Source: a virus
Lineage: Duplodnaviria > Heunggongvirae > Uroviricota > Caudoviricetes
Length of the DNA: 26,168 nt
Reading direction: 5' to 3' (one strand)
IMG/VR virus record: IMGVR_UViG_2671180921_000027
Location: 1-26,168 of that record
Below, piece by piece: positions 9,106 through 17,879 of this stretch (position 1 is its first letter; every line of letters begins with the position of its first letter). The notes below the pieces were generated by a model. That model had not been told where the DNA came from. It did not search any database and saw nothing but the letters and a program-made list of their open reading frames with translations. A program made the translations under genes and the position numbers.

Positions 9106-10011
9106 TTATGCCGGGGTGGTGATGTACGGGCTGTCCACGATCTCCACATCCTTGTACCAGATGTTGGAATCGCCGCCGTTAACCAGCATGGCGTCAATAA
9201 TGAGCTTCGCGTCCGCACGGTTTTTCGGCCCCACCACAAGGGTGGTCGGGCGGATGCCCAGCGGCTCACCGTTGGTGCCCTTCATGCCCCGCAGCAACTC
9301 ATTGGCTTTTTTGTAGTTCTCCACCGTCAGTGCTGCACGGGAACCGACGGCGGTCTGCCAGAAGCCGAAGCCCGCATTACAGCGACCGTCCACGCCGTAC
9401 AGGAACTCGTGGTTCTTGAAGGTGTGCTCGCTGTTCAGATCGTCCAGGGCTTCAAATTTAAAGGCGCGTCGCGTCTGCCAGATGATGGGTTTCAGCACCT
9501 GCGACTCATCAATCAGAAACCACGGTTCGCCCTGGTCCGTTCCTGGTGTACCGACAACGTTGCTGTAGGTGCCGTCGCCCAGCGGGTGGTCTTCATCAAA
9601 GAAGTTCTGGCCGTCAAAGCACAGGGTGTTAAACCCGGCACACAACAGGGCGTAACACAGCTTGTCCGGGAACACAGCAGTCATACGGCCATAGCGTTCG
9701 GCGGTAATGCTGTACTGACCTATCTGGTCATCTTCAATGTGTTCGCGCTTAACGCGAATGGAACTTTCCCAGAGTTTGTTGGTGATGGTGTAACCATAAC
9801 CGTCCAGCGTTGCCAGCTGACGCTCACCGACCCATTCTTTGATGTCCGGTAAATCTTTCATCCAGCCGTAGGTGTTGGAGGCGGACGAACTCGGCACCTC
9901 AGAAGCAATACGATTCCACTGCGGTTCGACACCACTCAGTCCACGGGTAAAGGCGGCGCTCAGGCAGGTGGTCAGCGCGTGAAGGATTTCAGAACTGACA
10001 GTCTGTCCCAT
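9106..10011 (-). CDS. Major capsid protein (Mu gpT-like)
   Basis: 301-aa ORF directly after protease/scaffold frame; TAATG junction at 10011. Confidence 0.8.
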   Translation of the reverse strand: MGQTVSSEILHALTTCLSAAFTRGLSGVEPQWNRIASEVPSSSASNTYGWMKDLPDIKEWVGERQLATLDGYGYTITNKLWESSIRVKREHIEDDQIGQYSITAERYGRMTAVFPDKLCYALLCAGFNTLCFDGQNFFDEDHPLGDGTYSNVVGTPGTDQGEPWFLIDESQVLKPIIWQTRRAFKFEALDDLNSEHTFKNHEFLYGVDGRCNAGFGFWQTAVGSRAALTVENYKKANELLRGMKGTNGEPLGIRPTTLVVGPKNRADAKLIIDAMLVNGGDSNIWYKDVEIVDSPYITTPA

Positions 10012-10721
10012 TAGTTATTCTCCTGTTTTGGTTTAGCGGCGAGGAACTCTTCCCCGGTAATACCCATGCTGCGGCACATCGCCAGTTCGGCGTCAGTCAG
10101 TGTCTGCGCGGGTTTATCCTTGCCCTGGCTGGGCTTGTCGTTGTTCACCAGCGGCTGTGCACCTTTGGTGTACTCCGCAAACTGTTTGCGGCCTTCTTCC
10201 GTGCGGCAGGTGGCAAGGAACATGTCACGGTTTGCCGGGGCCACTTTTCCGGCCTCAATGGCCGCATCCACAAGCGCTTCTGCTTCCTTCTCTTCCAGTT
10301 GCTGAAGGCGTTGTTCTGCGGTTTCGGCACGGTTCAGTGCCAGATTGTGGGTTTCCACCGGTACAAACTTCGTCAGGTCAGGTGTCTGTGCGCGGTTCAG
10401 CGCCACCTGTTCGTTCTCCTGAAGTTGTTTAATGGCGGCCACGGTATCGTCCACCGTGGCAGATTCAGCCAGCCCAAGCAGGCCGGTGATTTGCACAGGT
10501 ACTGTCATCGGGTTTTTCTCCGTATTCAGTGCAGGAAAGTCCAGGTTAGGTTTGTTGGTCAGCCCGACGCTGGACAGGCGCGTCACCACACCGTCTGCGT
10601 CAAAGAAAAACGCCGGGCTGTAATAGCGGTAACGGCGTTCGCTCAGCATCCACCGGGCGTACTTGCTCCAGACAACACGGCCTTCAATGGTGCCGCTGTC
10701 CGTCACGCGCAGTTCTTCCAC
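10011..10721 (-). CDS. Head protease/scaffold, C-terminal segment (begins at GTG immediately after the in-frame TGA)
   Basis: 236 codons in the same frame as 10722..10973; no convincing RBS before the GTG. Confidence 0.6.
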   Translation of the reverse strand: MEELRVTDSGTIEGRVVWSKYARWMLSERRYRYYSPAFFFDADGVVTRLSSVGLTNKPNLDFPALNTEKNPMTVPVQITGLLGLAESATVDDTVAAIKQLQENEQVALNRAQTPDLTKFVPVETHNLALNRAETAEQRLQQLEEKEAEALVDAAIEAGKVAPANRDMFLATCRTEEGRKQFAEYTKGAQPLVNNDKPSQGKDKPAQTLTDAELAMCRSMGITGEEFLAAKPKQENN

Positions 10722-10973
10722 TCAGCCATACGCCGGGGCTTCATCACCGCGTTGCCCTTTAATTTCGGTGGCGTGTTCAATGTCCACCGGAATTTTGATG
10801 TCGGACGAACGGGCGACCACCTCATGCGGATTACGGTTAATCCACGTCCGGCCATCGCGCCCGGTGAACTCACCCGCAGGGACGAGTTCAAGCCATTCCG
10901 GCAGTTGAGCGGGTGTCAGCTCAGGGATGGGTTCTGGCAGGGAAAAACACAGCGCCAGCAGTTCCGGTTGCAT
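10722..10973 (-). CDS. Head protease (Mu gpI family), N-terminal segment ending at in-frame TGA 10722..10724
   Basis: 83 codons with LVPAGEFTGRDGRTWIN motif; GGAGA RBS 6 nt upstream of ATG at 10973; stop TGA read directly. Confidence 0.6.
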   Translation of the reverse strand: MQPELLALCFSLPEPIPELTPAQLPEWLELVPAGEFTGRDGRTWINRNPHEVVARSSDIKIPVDIEHATEIKGQRGDEAPAYG

Positions 10974-11020
10974 GTCAGTCTCCGTCGTTTGGGGTTACCG
11001 ACGGTCAGTATGCGGAAGGC

Positions 11021-11048
11021 AGAAAAAAAGCCGGATTTACCGGCTTCA
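11021..11048 (-). terminator. Intrinsic terminator hairpin (AAGCCGG-UAAAU-CCGGCUU followed by U7), copy 2
   Basis: 7-bp perfect stem, 5-nt loop, run of 7 A on plus strand = U-tract on minus transcript; 26 nt identical to 18759..18784. Confidence 0.6.
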
Positions 11049-11069
11049 CTGAAAACGGGAAGAACACCC

Positions 11070-11109
11070 CCTTCAAAACCCCTTCAAAAACGCCACAGCA
11101 CCTTCAAAA
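11070..11109 (-). promoter_or_regulatory. Three direct repeats of CCTTCAAAA (TTTTGAAGG on the coding strand) in the F-I intergenic region
   Basis: Repeats start at 11070, 11081 and 11101 (spacing 11 and 20 bp); non-coding on the minus strand. Confidence 0.35.
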
Positions 11110-11187
11110 AAGTCAGAATGCACATTCACGCCATCAGAATAAAAAACGCGTTTCTGATGCGTTTCAGGGGGATTTACGGCGGGAGGT

Positions 11188-11952
11188 TTACTCACTGTCA
11201 AAACGGGCCTGTTTTGTCGCCAGCTGGCGCGCCAGCTCCTGCTCACGGTTTATGCCGGGATTGTAGTTCCAGCCCGGATCAATCCCTTCCGGCACATCTT
11301 CCTCTTCGCCCGTGCGTTTGTTCACCCAGCGGACAGTTCTGATTTCCGGCGCTTCGGTGTGAATGGTGCCCTGTGCCGCCAGTTGCGCATATTCACCACG
11401 GCTGACCTGACGAATGGTGCATTTGCAGCCCCAGCCGTTAGGAGCAAAATGTGTCTGCCAGAACGGATGATCTACCGGCAGACACAGACGCGCCCATTTC
11501 ACATGCTCCGCCCGGTGCTCGCGGGATGGCCCCAGCTCGTAAATCAGATACGGCATGGCCCGCTTTGTCCGTTGAATGCGTTCCCACTGGCCCGCCGCGC
11601 GGGCGGTGCGCATGTTGGTGTCAAAAATCGTGCGGAGGCGGCGGTCGCTGCCCAGCTGTACGGTTCGGGTTTCGCCCGTCAGCGGATCATCCATCTCCTG
11701 TACGCCCCACCATCCGCGTTTTATCAGCAGTGGTTGCAGCGCCTCCCGGAACTCACTGAACGTCTGCCCGCTTTGCAGGGCGTCTTCCACAAGGGTTTTC
11801 ACATCCGACAACAAATCCAGTTGCAGCATTTTTGCCACGGTGAAGCTGTTCCGGTGCTCTTCCCGCCACACATCCCGGTAATCAAAACCGGGGCGCAGCT
11901 TCTTCGCCTTCAGCCACGCCAGCGCCTCTTTCGGGATGAGGGTTTCACGCAT
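11188..11952 (-). CDS. Head morphogenesis protein (Mu F-like)
   Basis: ATG at 11952 overlapping portal stop (ATGCGTGA); ORF-track N-extension begins at TTG and is rejected. Confidence 0.7.
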   Translation of the reverse strand: MRETLIPKEALAWLKAKKLRPGFDYRDVWREEHRNSFTVAKMLQLDLLSDVKTLVEDALQSGQTFSEFREALQPLLIKRGWWGVQEMDDPLTGETRTVQLGSDRRLRTIFDTNMRTARAAGQWERIQRTKRAMPYLIYELGPSREHRAEHVKWARLCLPVDHPFWQTHFAPNGWGCKCTIRQVSRGEYAQLAAQGTIHTEAPEIRTVRWVNKRTGEEEDVPEGIDPGWNYNPGINREQELARQLATKQARFDSE

Positions 11953-13516
11953 GACCGGTGTCCCCCAGCGCACGCGCCTTAAAGCACACCTCCGCCAGTT
12001 GCAGGGCAAAGTCGTCCGCGTTCAGCGTTTCCTGAAGCTCAGGCAGGCGTTTCAGAAAGTCATCAAAACTGTCGCATTCCTGCGCCAGTGTCAGCACCGG
12101 GTTCGTGAACGCTTCGCCGGTTTTCTGCCAGTCACGCAGGGCATCATCCACCATCTGTGCCAGTTCGTCGGGGTGTTCCCGGTTCAGGGCGACGCGCTCG
12201 CGGTTCATCGCCATATCACCTGACATTCCGGCAGACACCGGATGCAGAACTTCCGCCCCTTCGTCCGGTTCAGCCAGGCCGAACCGGTCCCGCAGCTCCG
12301 ATTCCTGAACCCGCATCCCCCGGTCAATCAGCGGCACCAGAGCATCTGTCAGCGCCTTCAGATCTTCCGCTTCACTGATACGCAGAACAACACGGGGGTA
12401 GTGCGCCTGTGGCCCGTAGTTGGCCTCGATATAAGGACGCACCAGATATTCATTCAGCGTGTTAGCCAGTTGCCGCGCGTCCCAGCGCACAATGTCCATG
12501 CGCACCTGATTGTGCACGTCCGCCTGTGAACGCGAACTGCCGTTATCTGTGGTCATGGTCTGCCCCAGCACAGCCTTACTGATTTGCGCATCACACCATT
12601 CCGCCATTTCACGGAACAGTGCGCCGCCGTTATTCCGGCTGGCGATTTCCTGCATCTCCAGTTGCATGGACTGCGGGATGGCACACCCGGCATCCGAGGC
12701 AATGGAGGCAATCGCATCAATCAGCACGCGGATTTGCTCCTCCGTGGCGTTGGGACCGTATTTCCCCACCGTGACCGGAATGCCGAATTTTTCCGCAAAT
12801 GCCCACCAGTCGCGCACGGTAAAGGATTTCAGCATGTACATCACCGCCACCAGACGGGCCAGACCGTTACGCAGCGGCAGACCGGATTTCAGACGCGGCT
12901 GGTGAACAATGAATTTTCCCGGTGTCAGCGGTACGCCATCCACAGGTTCATCGTCCGTCAGCAGACGAAACTGGCGCAGCGTGGGCTTTTCGGCTTTCAG
13001 AAAACGGGGATCAACCCACTCATAATCACGGGGCATCCAGTGGTTGTTGCGGGTGTCCCACAGGATTTCACAGACCGCCACGCCTTTTCCCAGCCCGTCG
13101 AGCAAATCAAACATCAGCTCAGGGATTTGCGGGGCTTCCATCAGCGCACGGATGGCGTCCGCCAGTTGCACGTCAGCATCGTCATCACTGGCGGCCACCA
13201 CCACCGGTTCGATACCCGCCACCGTCAGCTTGCGGGTGCGCAGCACCGAGGCGTAATGCAAATCGCGTTCTTCCATCTCTTCAGCAAGGATAAAAAAATC
13301 ACGCGTGATGCCGTCGGCGGCATTGCGCAGAATGCCTGCCAGCCTGCCGGGGTTCAGCCCGGAAGCGATACTGATGCCCGGCGAGGCCGAGCGCACACCC
13401 GCCTGACGCGGACGGGCCTGTACTTCATCGAGCCTCTCTTTTTTCAGCGTATCTTCCTCACCGGTTGCCGGGTTCAGCAGACGGCGAACGGCTCCGGCCA
13501 GTTGTTTCAGGTTCAC
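11945..13516 (-). CDS. Portal protein (Mu gp29-like)
   Basis: 523-aa ORF after terminase large; GTG start at 13516 overlapping terminase stop (GTGA) with GGGAGG RBS. Confidence 0.8.
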   Translation of the reverse strand: MNLKQLAGAVRRLLNPATGEEDTLKKERLDEVQARPRQAGVRSASPGISIASGLNPGRLAGILRNAADGITRDFFILAEEMEERDLHYASVLRTRKLTVAGIEPVVVAASDDDADVQLADAIRALMEAPQIPELMFDLLDGLGKGVAVCEILWDTRNNHWMPRDYEWVDPRFLKAEKPTLRQFRLLTDDEPVDGVPLTPGKFIVHQPRLKSGLPLRNGLARLVAVMYMLKSFTVRDWWAFAEKFGIPVTVGKYGPNATEEQIRVLIDAIASIASDAGCAIPQSMQLEMQEIASRNNGGALFREMAEWCDAQISKAVLGQTMTTDNGSSRSQADVHNQVRMDIVRWDARQLANTLNEYLVRPYIEANYGPQAHYPRVVLRISEAEDLKALTDALVPLIDRGMRVQESELRDRFGLAEPDEGAEVLHPVSAGMSGDMAMNRERVALNREHPDELAQMVDDALRDWQKTGEAFTNPVLTLAQECDSFDDFLKRLPELQETLNADDFALQLAEVCFKARALGDTGHA

Positions 13517-15048
13517 AGTAAACCTCCCTCATTTTTCAGGCCGCGTGTCAGCTTCATCTGGCGGCGCGTGTTGCCTTCTTCCGGTTTCGCCAGGCGGTTC
13601 AGGCGGTGCAGCTCGTAACGGTGGCAGTCATCCTTGCTGGCAAGGAAGCCCAGGAAAATGGCCACAGCGGCGTCGCCGTGACGCTTGCGGCCATCACTAC
13701 CTTTAGTACGGGCATCGTCAATGCCGGGAACACCACGCAGTAACTGAATGGCCCCGAGGTCATTGATCACGTCTTCATGCTTCGGAAGGATCAGCTCATC
13801 ATCTTCAAACGCTGCACGGAAACGGGGCATGTTTTCACGGTAGAACGCCACGGACAGCATCACCTGTTCCACCTCATCGCCGTACCGCTCCGCCGCCTGT
13901 TCTGCCAGATACTGACCATTCCCCCGTGCATCCATTTTGATACCGTCACGACGGGGCAGACGATCGCAAAGCCAGAACAGCACCTGCTCCTGCTGTTTAA
14001 ACGGCACATTGCCAAGCTCAACCAGGAACGGCACCTCGCGGGTGGTGTCATCGTTCACCGTCACAGGGGCCAGTACGGTCAGGTCACCCGAACGCGCAAA
14101 GTCTTCCCCCAGACAGTGGCGCAGGTTCTTCGGGAGTTTTTCCAGCTCGGGGCGCACCACCGTCTCCAGCCATTCCCGGATTTCTGCCCGGCGCTGGCTT
14201 TCCGTCAGTGCGTTAAATTCCGGTGTGCCGGTAAAGCGCAACACTTTCCCGGTGCCACGGGCCGCACGTTCACGCAGTGAGCGAGGGATATACGTGCCGC
14301 CGCCGTTTTTCGGGACGCAGTAGTATTCCTCCAGGGCGTCTTCGCGGGTGGCGGTATTTCTCAGCAGACCTTCTTTCCATTCCGCCTCGGCCTCCGGTGA
14401 CCACACCATGCCGCGCACCTGACAGATACGCCGGTACAGCCCGTCATTGCAGGCATCATCCAGCGTGATGGTGTGAATACGGTAATCTTTTTTGCCTGCG
14501 CGGCTTTCCTGAATCAGCTGGTTAAACGGGTTGTCCACGCCGTCATGGGTAGAGATAAGGCGAACCTTACCGCCCCACGTGGTCAGTGGTGTGACCGCCT
14601 TGAGTACCTCATCCCGTTGTTCATGAAACGCCGCTTCGTCGATGGTGACATTCCCCTGCATCCCGCGAATGTTGCCCGGATTACTGGACAGCGCCTTGAC
14701 CTTAAATCCGCTGGCGAAGTACACGACGAACGTCAGAATGTCCTTGTCTTCGTCGGTGATCACTTCCTCGCGGATTTCTTCTGCTGCCGCATTAAACGCT
14801 TTCGCCCACATTGCCACGGCGTCGATAAATTCGCGGGCCATCTCCTTATTCGAACCGATATAAAAGTGATCGCGCCCGCCGTTTTCCTTCTTCAGTGATG
14901 CGGTCAGTGCCGCATCTGCCGCTTCTGCCCAGGTTAAACCGGTACGGCGGGATTTCTCGGCGATTTTCAGTTTTGAATCATCAGCAACCCAGCGTTTCTG
15001 ATACGGCAGCAGAACATCGGATTCACTGAACGTGTTCATCTGTGTCAT
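13513..15048 (-). CDS. Terminase large subunit (Mu gp28-like)
   Basis: 511-aa ORF; ATGA coupling with upstream gene; size and position. Confidence 0.85.
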   Translation of the reverse strand: MTQMNTFSESDVLLPYQKRWVADDSKLKIAEKSRRTGLTWAEAADAALTASLKKENGGRDHFYIGSNKEMAREFIDAVAMWAKAFNAAAEEIREEVITDEDKDILTFVVYFASGFKVKALSSNPGNIRGMQGNVTIDEAAFHEQRDEVLKAVTPLTTWGGKVRLISTHDGVDNPFNQLIQESRAGKKDYRIHTITLDDACNDGLYRRICQVRGMVWSPEAEAEWKEGLLRNTATREDALEEYYCVPKNGGGTYIPRSLRERAARGTGKVLRFTGTPEFNALTESQRRAEIREWLETVVRPELEKLPKNLRHCLGEDFARSGDLTVLAPVTVNDDTTREVPFLVELGNVPFKQQEQVLFWLCDRLPRRDGIKMDARGNGQYLAEQAAERYGDEVEQVMLSVAFYRENMPRFRAAFEDDELILPKHEDVINDLGAIQLLRGVPGIDDARTKGSDGRKRHGDAAVAIFLGFLASKDDCHRYELHRLNRLAKPEEGNTRRQMKLTRGLKNEGGLL

Positions 15049-15626
15049 GCGCTAATCCCCAGAATGTCCCGTTTGATGGTGTCAGCCGCACCGCCTGACA
15101 GACCGCCCGTTCTGACCAGCTCTTCGGTTTTTTCTGCCATCTCCTGCGCAAACGCATCGCGGATCGCTTTCTCGCGTTTATGGCTGGTCATGGCGGCCGC
15201 TTCCAGACGCTGGGCAACCAGCGCCAGTTGGCCCAGCGCCTTCGGTGCAACGGGCTTGTCGTCTTCTGCCATCGACATGGACGTTTCAAAGGCCAGCGTT
15301 TTTACAAACTCCATCAGCAGCTTGCCGACGTCTGACGTCGGCGCGGAACCCAGCTTTGCCGCCCAGACCTCGGCCATCTCGCGGGAGGCGCGGATTTTGG
15401 CCCCGACTTTTTCCATGCGGATGGCATAGCGGTTTAAGCCCGTCCGGCTTAACTGCATCTCTTCCGGCAGGTTGTGTTCGTCAATCAGGGCGTTGATGGC
15501 TTCGCGGATTTCTTCCTGCGTGTGCCGCTTTTCCCGCAGCATCTGATGCAACTGCTCCCGGATGCTGTCCGGGAGTAAATCCACTTTGGAAAGACGACCA
15601 CGGGTGGGGCGTTGTTCATTTTCCAT
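15045..15626 (-). CDS. Terminase small subunit-like protein (Mu gp27 position)
   Basis: ATG at 15626 with AGGAG RBS 7 nt upstream; ORF track extends to a GTG at 15647. Confidence 0.6.
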   Translation of the reverse strand: MENEQRPTRGRLSKVDLLPDSIREQLHQMLREKRHTQEEIREAINALIDEHNLPEEMQLSRTGLNRYAIRMEKVGAKIRASREMAEVWAAKLGSAPTSDVGKLLMEFVKTLAFETSMSMAEDDKPVAPKALGQLALVAQRLEAAAMTSHKREKAIRDAFAQEMAEKTEELVRTGGLSGGAADTIKRDILGISA

Positions 15627-15763
15627 GTGTGCGCTCCTGTTGCTCACTACGCTGTAAACTTTCGTATGCAGATTTCAGTGCGCCGTTCTGGATTTCCCGC
15701 CATGTCAGGTTATGCGCCAGACGGCGGAGTTCATCACGGGACGCTTTACTTATCGGATTCTTT

Positions 15764-16063
15764 TTACGGTTCACGACGGCCCCCGTCTTCAGTTCCCGGT
15801 GTTTTCAGACCGGCGTATATTTCTTCGCGAACGGAGCGGATATCCTTACCCAGCAGCTTCCACAGCCGCGCACATGCCGGTGATGAACGCAGGGCACGTT
15901 TCATGGGGGTATCCGGTGCATCCGGGTTCCAGGGCTTTCCGGTCTGTTGTTCATATGCACGGGCGATGGCGTTTTTCTCAATATCCGCGAGCACAAAACA
16001 GTACGCCAGCTGCCGCACGACGGCCCGTTCTCCGCGACTTAACGGCTTCAGTTTTCGCGCCAT
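15764..16063 (-). CDS. Hypothetical protein upstream of packaging genes
   Basis: 99-aa ORF; ATG at 16063; followed by a 137-bp non-coding gap. Confidence 0.45.
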   Translation of the reverse strand: MARKLKPLSRGERAVVRQLAYCFVLADIEKNAIARAYEQQTGKPWNPDAPDTPMKRALRSSPACARLWKLLGKDIRSVREEIYAGLKTPGTEDGGRREP

Positions 16064-16065
16064 GC

Positions 16066-16359
16066 TCAGTCCCTCGCACGGGGTTTTTTAACGCCCGGAA
16101 CGCTGGACAGGCCGTTTGCCACATCCTCGCCGCTGCCGGTGATTTCAGCCACGTAACAGCCGCCCACATCAGACAGACGAACCAGCCCCTGCTCGCGAAG
16201 CCATGCAAGCTGGGTGCGCACCACATCACGGGATACCTTATGACCGTAAGCCTGAAGGCAGGTCTGCAACACGGATTCATTCGCGCTGTCGCCACAGTCC
16301 AGCAGGGAACGCAGCAACACCAGACGACGGTCTTCAGTGAGGATCTCTTTCATCGCCAT
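16066..16359 (-). CDS. Hypothetical protein, possible winged-helix DNA-binding fold
   Basis: 97-aa ORF; TAATG junction at 16359. Confidence 0.45.
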   Translation of the reverse strand: MAMKEILTEDRRLVLLRSLLDCGDSANESVLQTCLQAYGHKVSRDVVRTQLAWLREQGLVRLSDVGGCYVAEITGSGEDVANGLSSVPGVKKPRARD

Positions 16360-16664
16360 TAATTTTTTTCCTTTAACTCGTTCTCTAATAACAAATCGCT
16401 GATGCGGGATACCTGGCGGATGGATGGCCCCAGCTCTTTGATTTCTCCCCGCAGGTTGCTGATATCCAGTTGCAGGCGGTGGAACTCATCACGATCAGGT
16501 AGCTGATGTACCTGGCTTTCCATCACCGACACGCGGGAACGCAGCAAATCAAACTCTTCGCGTTTGACGTAGGTCTTTGCCAGAATCAACTGAAGCAGGT
16601 TTATTCCTGTCATCAGCAATGCCCACAGAATGGGCCAGTTAGCTCTGATCATTTCCCAGGACAC
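16359..16664 (-). CDS. Membrane protein with N-terminal TM helix and coiled-coil tail (lysis accessory candidate)
   Basis: Hydrophobic WPILWALLMTGINLLQLILA near N-terminus; GTG start at 16664 with AGGAGG RBS 5 nt upstream. Confidence 0.5.
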   Translation of the reverse strand: MSWEMIRANWPILWALLMTGINLLQLILAKTYVKREEFDLLRSRVSVMESQVHQLPDRDEFHRLQLDISNLRGEIKELGPSIRQVSRISDLLLENELKEKN

Positions 16665-16876
16665 GTTTTCCTCCTGCGTTCCCGAATATGCTGACAGTCA
16701 ATACAGGTCACCACATCCGGCAGCGCCGCAAGGCGTTGTGCCGGAATAACGTTCCCACAGTCATTGCAGCAGCCCCGACTATGGGGCGCTTCTTTTGTCC
16801 GCGTCTGCCAGGCGTTAACGACGCTCTGACGTTCGTTCATAACCACTTCACTGATGCGGTCGATTTCGTCGGTCAT
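16649..16876 (-). CDS. TraR/DksA-family C4 zinc-finger protein
   Basis: 75 aa with CNDC...17 residues...CIDC; ATGA junction at 16876. Confidence 0.7.
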   Translation of the reverse strand: MTDEIDRISEVVMNERQSVVNAWQTRTKEAPHSRGCCNDCGNVIPAQRLAALPDVVTCIDCQHIRERRRKTCPGK

Positions 16877-17481
16877 TTCGGCCCCGCAGAGATTTTGTGA
16901 CGGCTCGATTTGCTGTACCGGGCAAAGCCGTCCATGGTTCTTACTCCGAGATAGCCCAGCGCCGGGGTAAGCAACATCAGCGTGATATCCCAGTCCGGTG
17001 ACGGCATATGCAGTGTGATACCTCTGGCACCGGCAATGGCTCCGGCAATCTGGCCACAGGAGAGCAACAGCACATAGGTCAGACTGCTGTAACAGGAAAG
17101 ACGGGCCAGCAGCGGGCGCGTCTGGCGCACATAGCTGTCCGCAGCGTTGTCACCATTGCGGATGGTTTCCTGCTGTTCGTGGTGTGCGGCCTGCTGGTCA
17201 GCCAGCACCAGCTTCTGCCGTTCCACCTCCAGCTGTTGCAGCTGAACTTTCAGGGTTTCCATCTGCATCAGTTGCTCCGGTGACAGCATCACCAGTTTTT
17301 GTTCCAGAATGCGTTGCTGTTCAGCCACCGGCAGGCTTTCCCGGACGCTTTCCACCATACCGGCCACCGAGTCAGCGGCGGCAGATGTGCTGCCACCAAA
17401 CCAGCGCCCGACGGAACGAATCAGCCCCGGCCCGGCTTTCAGCAGAACAGAGGCGATGCCTGAAAGGGTTAACGGATCCAC
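16873..17481 (-). CDS. Coiled-coil protein with two C-terminal hydrophobic segments
   Basis: GTG at 17481 preceded by GGAGG at 6-nt spacing; ORF-track upstream extension overlaps neighbouring gene and is rejected. Confidence 0.5.
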   Translation of the reverse strand: MDPLTLSGIASVLLKAGPGLIRSVGRWFGGSTSAAADSVAGMVESVRESLPVAEQQRILEQKLVMLSPEQLMQMETLKVQLQQLEVERQKLVLADQQAAHHEQQETIRNGDNAADSYVRQTRPLLARLSCYSSLTYVLLLSCGQIAGAIAGARGITLHMPSPDWDITLMLLTPALGYLGVRTMDGFARYSKSSRHKISAGPK

Positions 17482-17879
17482 GGGAAACCTCCATACAGAT
17501 AACGCTGAAGACAGAGCAGACCGCCGCAACTGCCACCACACAGCCAGAACACCGGATGCACCGGTGACATCATCATCAGCGTGCTGAAGACGCAGCAGAA
17601 ATATCCCAGCGCCCAGACCACCCATGACCACACGATGATGTGGCGACCAAAAGCCCGGTAACGGACCTCAGGCAGCAGGCGAAATGGCACATTCCCGAGG
17701 CTTGCGCTGTATGAAAACAACACCACCCCGGCAAAGGACAACAACATCAACACGAACGATCGCCAGCCACATAACATGCTGATGATGAACATGCAGAGTG
17801 TCAGTCCGGCCAGCGGCCATGGGGTTCTCATCAGTCGGGAACAAAGCAGCCAGTCACACAGTTTTAAAATTTTGTTCAT
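17469..17879 (-). CDS. Cys/Trp-rich multi-pass membrane protein (holin-like candidate)
   Basis: ATG at 17879; about four hydrophobic segments; first ~60 codons of the ORF-track entry look like out-of-frame overlap and are rejected. Confidence 0.45.
   Translation of the reverse strand: MNKILKLCDWLLCSRLMRTPWPLAGLTLCMFIISMLCGWRSFVLMLLSFAGVVLFSYSASLGNVPFRLLPEVRYRAFGRHIIVWSWVVWALGYFCCVFSTLMMMSPVHPVFWLCGGSCGGLLCLQRYLYGGFPWIR

Noticed and set aside
10974-11187. Looked for small anti-CRISPR-like ORFs at the G-I-equivalent junction (where some Mu-like phages carry them)
   Set aside because: Longest minus-strand ORF in the gap is about 17 codons with no RBS; the region reads as regulatory DNA.
10913-11266. 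Plus-strand ORF spanning the F-I intergenic region
   Set aside because: No in-frame ATG within the intergenic part, the terminator hairpin lies inside it, and the translation is K-rich low complexity; treated as non-coding.
10299-11342. Long plus-strand ORFs in the track (e.g. 10299..11342, 12584..13618, 23611..24582, 6166..6813, 5068..5721)
   Set aside because: They lie antisense to well-supported minus-strand genes, have Arg/His/Cys-rich low-complexity translations typical of shadow frames in GC-rich DNA, and lack RBS and coupled junctions.
16359-17879. Searched for an outer-membrane spanin lipoprotein (signal peptide plus lipobox Cys) in the lysis cassette
   Set aside because: No convincing lipobox-containing ORF found by eye; absence noted rather than a feature called.
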